Below the pieces are notes generated by a model that saw only the letters and a program-made list of their open reading frames with translations, was not told where the DNA came from and did not search any database. From a virus (lineage: Duplodnaviria > Caudoviricetes), in IMG/VR virus record IMGVR_UViG_3300020044_007012, positions 1 through 54,691 of that record: 54,691 nt of DNA, one strand, 5' to 3'. The translations under genes and the position numbers were made by a program. Below, piece after piece: positions 16,499 to 25,874 of this stretch (its first letter is position 1; every line of letters begins with the position of its first letter).

Positions 16499-18068
16499 AA
16501 GGGTTCACCCTTCCTTCACGTTGGCGAGGCGGCTTGTCATCAACGTCGCGTGCCTCTGGCAAATCGAACCACCGTTCATTTTTCAGGAAGATGACCGCTT
16601 GCGTGAAAGTGTCCACGTAGTCGTCATGCTCCGCAACGGGGAACTTTGCCACCTGGTTCAGGAACGGCTGGGCCCAGCTCACAGGCTGGCCGGGGTTCTT
16701 TGAGGACTCCGGGATCCACAGCAATCCAAGCTCCAACGTCGGCGCGGTCTGGTGCGCCCTCGACACCTTATCCGCTTGACCGGGATTGTAGCCAACGGCT
16801 GGGACCTTGGCCAGACGCAAGTCCTGCAGCAGGGATTGGCCGCTGGCCTTGGCCTCGACCAGCAGCCGGTCGGGCCGCCGCCCCTTGGTGGGCATGCCAG
16901 CCTTGGCCGACTTGTCCGCGCCGTACTCGCTGGTCCAGTCTCGGATTACCTTGGTGCGCAGTTCAGGGTAGCCGAGGTGCTCATCCCATGCGTCGAGCAG
17001 CATCGCGTTGCGCTGGCCTCGGTGCGTGAACAAGCCCCAGACGGTGCAGGCCGTTGGGTCGCCCGTGGTCCGCTCGGTGAAGGCGCAGTCGTAGCTTTGC
17101 AGGATGTACTCGAAGGGCGGCAAGCGCTGGGCCACCGGCCAGAAGTTGAAGCAGTCGGTCTTCAAGATGCCACCATCGGCAGGCGACGGGTCTTGCTGGA
17201 GCTGCCCGGACGTGCCGTAGGTGCCCAGCAGCTGCTTGAGCTTGGTGATCTCCTCGGCTCCGAAGCGATCAGGGCAGATCAGCTCGCCCTTGACGGTGCG
17301 CGGGTCGTAGGGGCCAAGCACGGTGCTGCGCTTCTTGCCGTCCCACTCGGCGGGGATGCAGATGTGCTCCCAGCCCCCAATGTCGTTCAGGATGTGGCCG
17401 CTGATGTCCTTCTCGTGCAGGCGCTGCATGACCGTCACCATTGCGTCGGTCTTTGGGTTGTTCAAACGCGTGGACCAGACCATGTCGAACCACTCAAGCG
17501 CGGTCTCGCGCATGGTCTCAGACTGCGCGTCCTGCGCGCCGTGCGGGTCGTCGAGGATCAGGCGCGAGCCGCCCTCACCGGTGGCGGTACCGCCGACCGA
17601 GGTGGCCAGGCGGTAGCCGGTCTTGTCGTTCTCAAATCGCTGCTTGGCGTTTTGGTCGCCCGAGAGCCCGAACATGTGCCCAAAGCGCTCTTGGTACCAA
17701 GGCGACTGGATCAAGCGGCGGGCCTTCAAGTTGTCGCGGATGGACAGCGTGCCGGAGTAGGACGCGGCCAGGAACTTCTGCTCGGGCTGGGCGATCCACT
17801 CCCAAGCGCACCAGGCCACCGAGACGATGGTGGACTTGGAGTGCCGGGGCGGGATGTTGATCAGCAGCCGCTGAATTTCGCCGCAGCTCACAGCCTCCAA
17901 GTGCTCGCAAATCTCCTCGATGTGCCAGCTCGGAACGAACGGGACGCCGGGCTCCATGACGTGCCAGGCCTGCTTAACGAACTCGTAGAGGCTTGCGCTG
18001 GCGCGGCGGCGGGCCTGCTCTTTGGTGATCAGGTCCAGCATAACGGCGGGGGAGACGGGGGCGCTCAT
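16488..18068 (-). CDS. terL: Terminase large subunit (526 aa)
   Basis: Walker A INIPPRHSKS, Walker B LILDDPH, MQRLH.KD, QQ.P, nuclease SYD.A...D, VEAKASG, HDD.VD. Confidence 0.95.
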   Translation of the reverse strand: MSAPVSPAVMLDLITKEQARRRASASLYEFVKQAWHVMEPGVPFVPSWHIEEICEHLEAVSCGEIQRLLINIPPRHSKSTIVSVAWCAWEWIAQPEQKFLAASYSGTLSIRDNLKARRLIQSPWYQERFGHMFGLSGDQNAKQRFENDKTGYRLATSVGGTATGEGGSRLILDDPHGAQDAQSETMRETALEWFDMVWSTRLNNPKTDAMVTVMQRLHEKDISGHILNDIGGWEHICIPAEWDGKKRSTVLGPYDPRTVKGELICPDRFGAEEITKLKQLLGTYGTSGQLQQDPSPADGGILKTDCFNFWPVAQRLPPFEYILQSYDCAFTERTTGDPTACTVWGLFTHRGQRNAMLLDAWDEHLGYPELRTKVIRDWTSEYGADKSAKAGMPTKGRRPDRLLVEAKASGQSLLQDLRLAKVPAVGYNPGQADKVSRAHQTAPTLELGLLWIPESSKNPGQPVSWAQPFLNQVAKFPVAEHDDYVDTFTQAVIFLKNERWFDLPEARDVDDKPPRQREGRVNPYAV

Positions 18069-18262
18069 TGCAGCCGAATCTCTCCGCGTTCGAGGCGCTC
18101 GCGCTGGTCCATTGCGTTGTGGATCATCACCTCAGGAACTTGCTCGTCGGGGCTGGGGTGGCACCAACAGGCACGCGAGAGCTCGTGCTGCCTGAAGTCC
18201 CCGAGCGGGACCACATGGCAAAACACGTCTTCATCGCCCGGGTAAGCCGCTGAGGCAGTCAT
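18065..18262 (-). CDS. Hypothetical protein with HVVP..D..H..CWC.P motif (65 aa)
   Basis: ATGA overlaps on both sides. Confidence 0.65.
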   Translation of the reverse strand: MTASAAYPGDEDVFCHVVPLGDFRQHELSRACWCHPSPDEQVPEVMIHNAMDQRERLERGEIRLQ

Positions 18263-18534
18263 GCGGCGTTGATCGCCTCTTGCAGCAAGCGAACGGCGTC
18301 GTGCTGAGCATTGACTATGCGCTGATCGGCGTGGCCCGTCTCGCTCATCGCCATGGCCTGAGCCTGGCACTGGCCAGCGAATGTGTCGAGCAGCGCCAGG
18401 ATGCGGGCGCGCTCAAAGGCAATCATGTCCTCGCCGTGCTGGCGCACCAAGTCCTCGGGAAACAAGGCCTGAAATCGACCGTCGTGGTCAAGCAGGGCGG
18501 GCAGGGGGGACTCGGGGAGGGTGGGTTTGTTCAT
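18259..18534 (-). CDS. Hypothetical protein (91 aa)
   Basis: ATGA coupling. Confidence 0.6.
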   Translation of the reverse strand: MNKPTLPESPLPALLDHDGRFQALFPEDLVRQHGEDMIAFERARILALLDTFAGQCQAQAMAMSETGHADQRIVNAQHDAVRLLQEAINAA

Positions 18535-18839
18535 TGCGGGGTCTCGGTTGGTTGTGTTGTTGGGATGCCCATGGCCAGGACGTCGGCGTACTCTTTGGCC
18601 GTCATGCCTGCGCCGTCGTCGTTGCGCATCCATTCGATGATGCGCTGGCGCTCGGCAACGGCCGCGTCCAGTGCGGACTGCTCGATGGCGGCCTGGATGC
18701 GTGGTGCAATCTGGGCCATGGCTGCTTGCACCTGCTGTTTGCCGTAAGCCTCAAGCAAGAGCTGCCCAGCGGCATCGCCATCGCAGGCTCGGATCTTCAT
18801 CGTTGTGAAGAACGGGTCCATGGGTTCGCTGGCGCTCAT
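18531..18839 (-). CDS. Hypothetical protein (102 aa)
   Basis: ATGA coupling. Confidence 0.6.
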   Translation of the reverse strand: MSASEPMDPFFTTMKIRACDGDAAGQLLLEAYGKQQVQAAMAQIAPRIQAAIEQSALDAAVAERQRIIEWMRNDDGAGMTAKEYADVLAMGIPTTQPTETPQ

Positions 18840-19303
18840 TCATCACCCCCGTTGGCTTTTTGCAACAGGGCTTGCATCTGCGCCAGCTCGTTGTCGTTGA
18901 GGCCCTTGAGGTCAACGCCAGCCATAGTGATCGCGCCGCCGTCCTTGCCGGTGTGCTCGACCTTTTGGGTCTCTGACCACTTCATCTGGGTCTTGGTCCA
19001 CCAAATCATCGCAGTGGTGTCGCCGCTCGTGGCCTTCTGGAACAAGGTGCGGCCGACCTGGCTGTTGGCCTTGGCCTTGCCGCTGATCAGCTCGTCGGCG
19101 AAGTGCTTGGTCAGGGTGTCCACGCTGATGCCTTTGCGCACCAGCACTGCAATTTGATCCAGCGGTAGGCCGTAGCCCGACAAGGCTTCCACCTGCTTGC
19201 GCTCTGTTTCGGAGGGCTCGAAACCCGGTCGGCCAGCGTCTGGACGAGCGCCGCCATTTTTCCCAGTCTTTTTTACGGGGGGTTTTTCAGTCGTTTTTGT
19301 CAT
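18836..19303 (-). CDS. terS: Terminase small subunit (about 155 aa)
   Basis: GGARP.AGRP, HTH segment, LFQKA.SGDTTAMIWW.K, KVEHTGKDGG; AAGGAG SD before ATG 19303. Confidence 0.8.
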   Translation of the reverse strand: MTKTTEKPPVKKTGKNGGARPDAGRPGFEPSETERKQVEALSGYGLPLDQIAVLVRKGISVDTLTKHFADELISGKAKANSQVGRTLFQKATSGDTTAMIWWTKTQMKWSETQKVEHTGKDGGAITMAGVDLKGLNDNELAQMQALLQKANGGDE

Positions 19304-19344
19304 GAATCTCTCCTTTTTGACAGTGATTCGGTCTGTTTTTGTCA

Positions 19345-20715
19345 TCAATCGGCCGATTTTGCAGGTTTGGCCTTCTCAACCTTGGGTTTGTCAGCCTTGC
19401 CGATCTCGCTGCCGATCAGGCTGTTGGGGCTGCGCTCGCCCATCACCTCGGTGAAGGACCGACCATCGGCCTCCAGGTGAGCGTGCTTGCCGGTGAACTC
19501 TTGCCACCGGGTCACGATCACGTCGCAGTATTTTGGGTCCAACTCCATCAAACGTGCAACTCGGCCGTTTTTCTCGGCAGCGATCAGAGTGGTACCGGAT
19601 CCACCAAAGCTGTCGAGTACTTGGTCGCCGCCCTTGGTGTTGTTGAGCAGCTGGTACTCGAAAAGGGCCACGGGCTTCATGGTCGGGTGCTCACCGTTGC
19701 GGGTGGGTTTGTCGAACTCGAGGATGGTGGTCTGCTTGCGGTCGGCGGCCCAAAGGTGGCCTGCGCCGTCTTTCCAACCGTAGAGGCAGGGCTCGTGTTT
19801 CCAGTGGTAGTCCTGGCGACCCATGACGAGGGATGACTTTTTCCAGATCAGGCACTGGCGCACGGTCCAGCCTGCATCCTTGGCAGCGCCCCGGAAGTTG
19901 TAGCCCTCGGAGTCGGCGTGCCAAATGTAGAAAACCGCGCCGGGTTTCATGACCGAGTCGGCGGCGGTGTAAGCATCGCGCAGGAATTGGCGGAACTGAT
20001 CGTCGCCCATCGAGTCGTTCTGGATGGTGAGCTTTTCTTTGGTACCGCCCTCATAGGCCACGTTGTAGGGTGGGTCGGTCAACCACATGTCGACGAGCTG
20101 GTTTTCGCAGAGCTTGGCCAAGTCGTCCATGCTGGTGCTGTCGCCGCACAGGAGGCGGTGCTTGCCCATGACCCACACGTCGCCCTGGACGGTGACGGGA
20201 TTGACCGGGACCTCGGGTGTGTCGTCGGGGTCCGTGAGGCCCTCTTCCAACTCCAGGGGCATCAGGGCATCGATCTCTTCCTCCGTGAAGCCTGTGAGGC
20301 TGACGTCGAAGCCGAACTCCATGAGGTCTTTGAACTCGGTGGCGAGCATTTCGTTGTCCCACCCGGCGTTCAGGGCAAGGCGGTTGTCGGCAATGATGTA
20401 GGCGCGCTTCTTGGCCTCGGACCAACCGGTGGCGACCATGACAGGGACCGTGGTCATTTTCAGGCGCTGTGCGGCCATCGTGCGGCCGTGTCCGGCAATG
20501 ATGCCGCCGTTCTCATCGACCAGGATGGGCGTGGTCCATCCCCACTCTTTGATCGAGGCGGCGATCTGTCCGACCTGCTCATCCGAGTGCGTGCGGCTGT
20601 TGCGTGCGTAGGGGATAAGTTTGTCGATGCTCCACTGCTCGATTTTGTCGGCAGGATTTCCGGTGAGTTTTTCGGCGGTGATTTCCGTGGTGGATTCAGC
20701 GGGCTGGTTTTTCAT
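19345..20715 (-). CDS. ParB/Srx N-terminal domain fused to an N6A/N4C DNA methyltransferase (456 aa)
   Basis: LIPYARNSRTH...IIAGHGR..A (ParB), TDPPYNV catalytic motif, HPTMKP, LDSFGGSGTT SAM motif. Confidence 0.92.
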   Translation of the reverse strand: MKNQPAESTTEITAEKLTGNPADKIEQWSIDKLIPYARNSRTHSDEQVGQIAASIKEWGWTTPILVDENGGIIAGHGRTMAAQRLKMTTVPVMVATGWSEAKKRAYIIADNRLALNAGWDNEMLATEFKDLMEFGFDVSLTGFTEEEIDALMPLELEEGLTDPDDTPEVPVNPVTVQGDVWVMGKHRLLCGDSTSMDDLAKLCENQLVDMWLTDPPYNVAYEGGTKEKLTIQNDSMGDDQFRQFLRDAYTAADSVMKPGAVFYIWHADSEGYNFRGAAKDAGWTVRQCLIWKKSSLVMGRQDYHWKHEPCLYGWKDGAGHLWAADRKQTTILEFDKPTRNGEHPTMKPVALFEYQLLNNTKGGDQVLDSFGGSGTTLIAAEKNGRVARLMELDPKYCDVIVTRWQEFTGKHAHLEADGRSFTEVMGERSPNSLIGSEIGKADKPKVEKAKPAKSAD

Positions 20716-20786
20716 GCGGGCTCCGGTTTGGTGGGGTGGTTTTTGACGGGTGGGTCAGTGGTTGCAGATTATGCAACGGCTGATGC

Positions 20787-21134
20787 TGGCACAGGATGGC
20801 ACGGGTGGAACGGGATAAAAGCAGACATTTTCGCCGTGTTCTTTCTTGCGTGTGTGTGTGCGTGTGTGCATGTGAATATAGGCGTTTTATCTTGTGCCAA
20901 CCTGTGCCAAATGTAAAAAGTCTTTATAAATCAATGGGTTGCGTGTTTTTTTGATCTTGTGCCAAAGGCTTTTATCTTGTGCCGGCACAGGATTCATCTT
21001 GTGCCAAACACCGAAATCAGAATGGGCCACTGTCGTTCTCCCAGTCGTGCCGCATGCGAATGCCGGTGTAAAGATTCAATCTTGTGCCAGATTGCTCGGT
21101 GGCACAGGATGTTTGAGGGTCCGATCCTGTGCCA
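20787..21134. repeat. Iteron array ATC(T/C)TGTGCC(A/G) in both orientations; probable replication origin
   Basis: Copies at 20787(-), 20889, 20900 (partial), 20954, 20974, 20983(-), 20996, 21079, 21100(-) and 21124. Confidence 0.75.
20929..20941 (+). promoter_or_regulatory. IHF-binding consensus within the putative origin
   Basis: AATCAA-TGGG-TTG matches WATCAANNNNTTR in an AT-rich segment. Confidence 0.5.
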
Positions 21135-23605
21135 GATGCACGCGGCTGACTGCGTTTAACGCCCGGGAAGGCGGCTGAAAGCTGGCGACCAAACGACACC
21201 TTGGTGCCTGCGTGGTCCCGGCCTTGGGATTCACACCAGGTCTTCCAGGCTTTGAAAAGCTCGTCGCGGTCGGCCTGCGCGTGCTCCCCAATGACGCAGT
21301 GCTCTTGCACAAAGGCCCGGATCGGGCTGGTCTGATCGACTAAATCGGCGGCCAGCTCGTCGGCTGAGGTGGGTCGTTGGAAGTATCCGCGCTGGTTCAA
21401 GCGGCCAAGACCGTCGAGCGCCCAGATCACGATGCCGGGCAGCTCTTTGAGCAGGCGGGCGGTGAGGCCATGGTCCTCTTTGCCCAGGAAGCTGGTGTTG
21501 GACTTGAAGGGCAAGAAGCGGTTGGCCAGGGCGGCGGAGGCGTCCGAGAAGGCGGGCAGCTCGTTGGAGGCCAGCACGAAGCGGATGGCCATCTTGCCGG
21601 ACCAGGCGGTCATGTTCTTGCGGTCGATCGTGATGGTGTCCTCGCCGGAGATGCGCAGCAAGTTTTCCACGATGGGCTGCTGATCGGCGCGGCCGGAGAG
21701 GCGGGCGTCGGAGATCATGGCCAGGCGCTTTCCGATCAATGGCTGCAGGCCAAACTGTGTGCCCAGGGACGCCAGGCTTGGGCTGACCCGGTTGGCATAG
21801 CCGACCAGCGCTTCCAAGATGCGCAGGATAGTGCCCTTGCCGCAGCGCGGTGGGCCGATCAGCATGAACATCTTCTGCTGGCTGGTGTCGTCGGTCAGCA
21901 GGTAGCCAAACATCTCGGCCAGCGTGGTGATCGACTCGGGGTCGTCGGGCCAGAGGCTGTGCAGGAATTTGAGCCACTCGGTGGGCGGTGGGGCCTCGGG
22001 AGTGAAGTCGAAGTCCAGCGCCGAGGTGCAAAAAAGGCGGTCTGTCGATGGCAGCAGCGCCCGGCTGGGGTGGTGCAGAAAGCCGTTTTTGAAGGCCACG
22101 ATCTCGTGGGCGGGCACGTCGCCAGGCTCGTCGTCGATCCAAACCTGCGGCTCGGGCAGGTCGGCGTAGCAGACTGCGCGCAGGGCGTGGGCCACATCGT
22201 TGACCGTGGAGGACTTCGGGTTGAAGGCCACCGTCTCGGACGCGCCGGTCTTGGGGTGGACCTTAAGCGTCACGCATTTGGACATGAAGTGGTAGAGGCG
22301 CTGGTCGATGTAGACCCGGTCCCGGGTGACGTAGCGCGTGGCGTCCCAGCTGTAAAACTCGCCGCGCCAGTGCAAGATGCGGCCCTTCTCGGGCAGTGTG
22401 TCGTGGAACAGGCTGGCGGTTTTCATGGGCGAGGACGAGAAGATCATCCGCTCGTCGTCTGAGTCAGGTGGCGACGGATCGGAAAAATTGTCCGGTGGAA
22501 TGTCGTCGGGCGGCTCGCCTGCGTGGTCGTCCCAAGGTGGGGTCTCGTCCGTGGGCTCCGGCGTTGGCTCGGGCGGCTGTGGAGGCTCGGGCGTGGGCTC
22601 GACCGGTGGGTCGGCCTTCATGATGCAGTCCTCGACCGCGATCAGCCCATCGGCCAGGTGCAGGTCGTTGAAGTCGGTGCCGGACCCGCGATCAGAGGAC
22701 CAGACCGGGATGGCCAGCAGGGCGTTGACCTCGATGGCGGTCTTGCGGGCGTCTGTGATGCCCGGGTTGCCTTTGGTCTGAAAGTCGTCGTCGGCCGCAA
22801 TGATCATGCGGGCCTCGGGCATGGCCGCGCGAATCTTGCGGGCGACGGGCAGGAGGTTGCCGCTGTTGAAGGCGACCACCACGCAGTGCTCGGTGGCCTG
22901 CCGGATGGAGCAGGCGGTGGCCCAGCCCTCGGCGATCACGATGGTGCCTTGTTTGTTGGGCTTGCCCAGCACCGTGTAAGCACCGCCCGAGGGCGTGCCT
23001 TTGAGAAACAACTTGGTGCCGTCGGACTTGATGCGCTGCAGGCCGACCAGTGCGCCGGGCCCGTGTCGCAGTGGGATAAGCAGCTCGTCGCCCAGCACGC
23101 GAGCCCCCTCGGGCTCGATCAACTTGCGCTGCGCGTAAGGGTGGCTGGTGACGGTGGTGGCCCGGGCCCACATCTCGGCCGCGCGCGTGGCTGCGGCGTC
23201 GCGGTCTATTTTTGCCTGCGCCTCCTCGGCAGCCATGCGAGCCTCGCGCTCTGCGATCCGGCGCTGGCGCTCCTCTGGGTCGACCGGCTTTCGGTCTTGG
23301 GCGGTGGGTTTGTAGCCGCCCTCTTTGGCCAGAGCGATCAGCGTGCCGATGGTGGCGCGTTTGGAGCTGCCACCGGGTTTGCACGATTTCCAGACGTCGC
23401 GGGCGTCGATTGGTTTGTAGTTGGTGCCCTGCTGGCTCCAGGCGTCCCACGCGTCGAAGGCGGGCTCGCCGAATTCTTCTTTGAGGATGAAGGCCATCTT
23501 CACCCAGGTCTCGCGGTCATCAACACCGCGAACATAAGAGAGCATGCGCTCCGCTGTCTCAAGGGAAATGGGGTCCCTCTGCCCTGTTGTTTTTGTGTCC
23601 GTCAT
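21017..23605 (-). CDS. P4-alpha/D5-type primase-helicase (PriCT-2, Toprim, SF3 helicase; 862 aa)
   Basis: DDRETWVKM..W..WS (PriCT-2), IAEGWATA and IIAADDD (Toprim), GPPRCGKGT Walker A. Confidence 0.9.
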   Translation of the reverse strand: MTDTKTTGQRDPISLETAERMLSYVRGVDDRETWVKMAFILKEEFGEPAFDAWDAWSQQGTNYKPIDARDVWKSCKPGGSSKRATIGTLIALAKEGGYKPTAQDRKPVDPEERQRRIAEREARMAAEEAQAKIDRDAAATRAAEMWARATTVTSHPYAQRKLIEPEGARVLGDELLIPLRHGPGALVGLQRIKSDGTKLFLKGTPSGGAYTVLGKPNKQGTIVIAEGWATACSIRQATEHCVVVAFNSGNLLPVARKIRAAMPEARMIIAADDDFQTKGNPGITDARKTAIEVNALLAIPVWSSDRGSGTDFNDLHLADGLIAVEDCIMKADPPVEPTPEPPQPPEPTPEPTDETPPWDDHAGEPPDDIPPDNFSDPSPPDSDDERMIFSSSPMKTASLFHDTLPEKGRILHWRGEFYSWDATRYVTRDRVYIDQRLYHFMSKCVTLKVHPKTGASETVAFNPKSSTVNDVAHALRAVCYADLPEPQVWIDDEPGDVPAHEIVAFKNGFLHHPSRALLPSTDRLFCTSALDFDFTPEAPPPTEWLKFLHSLWPDDPESITTLAEMFGYLLTDDTSQQKMFMLIGPPRCGKGTILRILEALVGYANRVSPSLASLGTQFGLQPLIGKRLAMISDARLSGRADQQPIVENLLRISGEDTITIDRKNMTAWSGKMAIRFVLASNELPAFSDASAALANRFLPFKSNTSFLGKEDHGLTARLLKELPGIVIWALDGLGRLNQRGYFQRPTSADELAADLVDQTSPIRAFVQEHCVIGEHAQADRDELFKAWKTWCESQGRDHAGTKVSFGRQLSAAFPGVKRSQPRASGTGSDPQTSCATEQSGTRLNLYTGIRMRHDWENDSGPF

Positions 23606-23633
23606 GCCTGGCTTTGGTTATGGCGAATAAAAG

Positions 23634-23697
23634 GTGGGGCAGCCCTCGCCAGGGTCAGGCCATGTGTCACCCGGTAGCTAACCGGATCGAGCCCCAT
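23634..23697 (-). ncRNA. Candidate C4-like structured RNA upstream of the primase
   Basis: ggggc...gcccc outer stem enclosing hairpins ccggt-tagct-accgg and ccct-ggcg-aggg; TATACT upstream. Confidence 0.45.
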
Positions 23698-23761
23698 GGA
23701 CAGTATAAGGTCGGATGCGTGGAAAAACGCAACACCTCACGATAAATTTATAGTTTGAGGT

Positions 23762-24214
23762 TTACCCTGCAAGCGCCCGCCTGGCCTCCTCCACGGAGCG
23801 CACAACTTCCGCGATGGCTTTTCGCTTTTTCATGGCCGTCAGGAATTGAGCTTGATCAGGTGTTGCGCCCATCCTCATCCAGTTGTCTGCCCGAAGCAAC
23901 TCAATTGTGGAAAAGTTCGCTTCCTTCATTTCTTGCAATTTTGCATCTCGAGATTTTTTTGATGTGGGCTTTGCGTCCGGCTTTTTGACTTCCAAATAAA
24001 AGGCTCGAACGTCAGATTCTCGGTGGCCAAACACATCGGAAAACCCAACTGGCAGACCTGTTTTGACAGGCCGACCGTCCTTGGTAAAAAACAACCCTAC
24101 GTTGGCCCTGGCCACAAAGTGCCCGTCTGCTGAGAGCGCCACCATGATCTGGCGCATCAGGTCTGTCTCACTTAGCGGGGGTGGAATTCCCGGTTTAACT
24201 CGTCCCCCAGTCAC
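23762..24214 (-). CDS. VRR-NUC domain nuclease (150 aa)
   Basis: SETD....I..AL, R.NVG, G.SD..G, LEVK, Q..FL motifs. Confidence 0.8.
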   Translation of the reverse strand: MTGGRVKPGIPPPLSETDLMRQIMVALSADGHFVARANVGLFFTKDGRPVKTGLPVGFSDVFGHRESDVRAFYLEVKKPDAKPTSKKSRDAKLQEMKEANFSTIELLRADNWMRMGATPDQAQFLTAMKKRKAIAEVVRSVEEARRALAG

Positions 24215-24471
24215 CGCCGCGCCTCCCAGACCTTGCGCACCTGAGCCTCAAGCTGCAGGCATGCGGCCTCGCCCCTGACCTGAAACACGCCGCGCTTGAC
24301 GATCTTGCCCGCCTCCTCACGGCCGCGCAGGTACTCGCGCCGTTCGTATTTGCCGGGCATAGCCAGCACGTGGCGGGCTTCGGTCTCAGCGCGCCAGGCC
24401 TCGGACCAAGTGCAGGTCTTGGTACCGTCGATCAGAGTGACGCGGGGGTGGTTGCAGTCTGGGCAGGTCAC
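24211..24471 (-). CDS. Hypothetical protein (86 aa, GTG start)
   Basis: GTGA overlap with the helicase stop; WSEAWR.E.EAR motif. Confidence 0.6.
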   Translation of the reverse strand: MTCPDCNHPRVTLIDGTKTCTWSEAWRAETEARHVLAMPGKYERREYLRGREEAGKIVKRGVFQVRGEAACLQLEAQVRKVWEARR

Positions 24472-25874
24472 TTCTGTGCCTCCTTGGCGGCGCGTGCGCG
24501 CAGCACGTGGCGTGCCCAAAGCTCTGGCCGTTTCATGCCCCGGGCGTAGCCGATGCGAATCAGGTCGGCCTCGGTTTGCGACCTGCCCTGCTCCATCTTG
24601 CGTTGCTTGATTGCCTGCTCGCGAAGCTGATCCCTTGCCTCTTTGGTCATCTCCACCAGATCGCCTTCGACTTCTTCGATCTCACGCGCCACAGGCTCAA
24701 AGTGATGACCGCATTGGCAATCAGTTACAGCGCTTGGAACTGTTGCAAAACAGACCGGGCAGCTTTTTACTGGCGTCTCTGACTTTTTGGTGTTCTTGCG
24801 TTTCTCGGAACCGAGCAACGACCAGTCGCGGTCATCATCAGGAAAACCATGCGTTCGCACAGCGTTGGCATGATCAAGAATGATGGCCTCGTCTTTGCCT
24901 GGAAAAATCCGAAGTGCGCGGCCAACCTGCTGCAGGTACAAGCCAAGAGACTTTGTTGGACGCAGCAAGATGGCAACCTCGATGGCCGGGACGTCAAACC
25001 CCTCGGACACCAGGTCGCAAGACGTCAAAACCAAAATGTCGCCAGACGAGAACGACGCGAGCACCTGCTGGCGCAAAACCTTGTCCATGCTTCCATCAAT
25101 CGATGCGGCAGTGATTCCTGCCTCGCGGAACTGAGCTGCTACGTTCTCAGCGTGCTCGATGGAGCAGCAAAAACAAATGGCGCGCTTGCCTGGAGCCAGC
25201 CGCTGGTAATGAGAAACAGCGTCGCCAGTAATCGATCGCTTGTTCATAGCGTCCACCAGCTCGCTGCGCACAAAGTCGCCCATCTTGGTGTGCACACCAG
25301 AAAGGTCAACGCCAGCTGGCGCAAACAGGCGATACGGCGAGAGCGCATTCATGTCGATCAACTCTTTGACCGTTGGCCCCTGCACCATGCACTCGAACAA
25401 GTCGTTGAGGCCTTCACCGGACAAACGAATTGGTGTGGCCGTCACGCCAAGCAAACGCGCGTTTGGACAGGCCTTGATCACGCTACCCCATGTTGATGCA
25501 GCGATTGCGTGATGGGCCTCATCGACGATGATCAAATCCGCTGGTTGGTAACGATCAAGGCGTCTCGCCAATGTGAACACAGACGCCACCTGAACTTGAG
25601 CGCGCCAGTTTCCTGGATACCCGGCGGCAATCATTCCGTGTTCTACGTTGAAGCCGCTAAGCGTGCGGCTGATCTGCTCAAGCAACTCAACGCGATGCGC
25701 AAGGATCCAGACGCGCAACCCCTTGTCTTTCGCTGCGCCAGCCATGTAGGAAAAACAAACCGTCTTGCCGCCACCAGTCGGAAGCACAAGCAGTTGCCTT
25801 CTCTTGCCCGCAATGAAGTTGGCGCGAGTGTCCTCGATTAGTTTGTTTTGGTAGTTGCGAAGTGTGATGGTCAT
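24468..25874 (-). CDS. SF2 DEAD/DEAH-box helicase with C-terminal Zn ribbon (468 aa)
   Basis: LRNYQ, LPTGGGKT, DEAHH, TATP.R, EGFD.P, QQVGR, CPVC...C.CG. Confidence 0.93.
   Translation of the reverse strand: MTITLRNYQNKLIEDTRANFIAGKRRQLLVLPTGGGKTVCFSYMAGAAKDKGLRVWILAHRVELLEQISRTLSGFNVEHGMIAAGYPGNWRAQVQVASVFTLARRLDRYQPADLIIVDEAHHAIAASTWGSVIKACPNARLLGVTATPIRLSGEGLNDLFECMVQGPTVKELIDMNALSPYRLFAPAGVDLSGVHTKMGDFVRSELVDAMNKRSITGDAVSHYQRLAPGKRAICFCCSIEHAENVAAQFREAGITAASIDGSMDKVLRQQVLASFSSGDILVLTSCDLVSEGFDVPAIEVAILLRPTKSLGLYLQQVGRALRIFPGKDEAIILDHANAVRTHGFPDDDRDWSLLGSEKRKNTKKSETPVKSCPVCFATVPSAVTDCQCGHHFEPVAREIEEVEGDLVEMTKEARDQLREQAIKQRKMEQGRSQTEADLIRIGYARGMKRPELWARHVLRARAAKEAQK

Noticed and set aside
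20787-21134. Repeat cluster as a CRISPR array
   Set aside because: The units are only about 11 bp, occur in both orientations with irregular spacing, and no cas genes are present
23634-23697. tRNA gene
   Set aside because: The cloverleaf-like folding lacks a T-loop GTTCRA and D-loop consensus; no tRNA was recognised anywhere in the window
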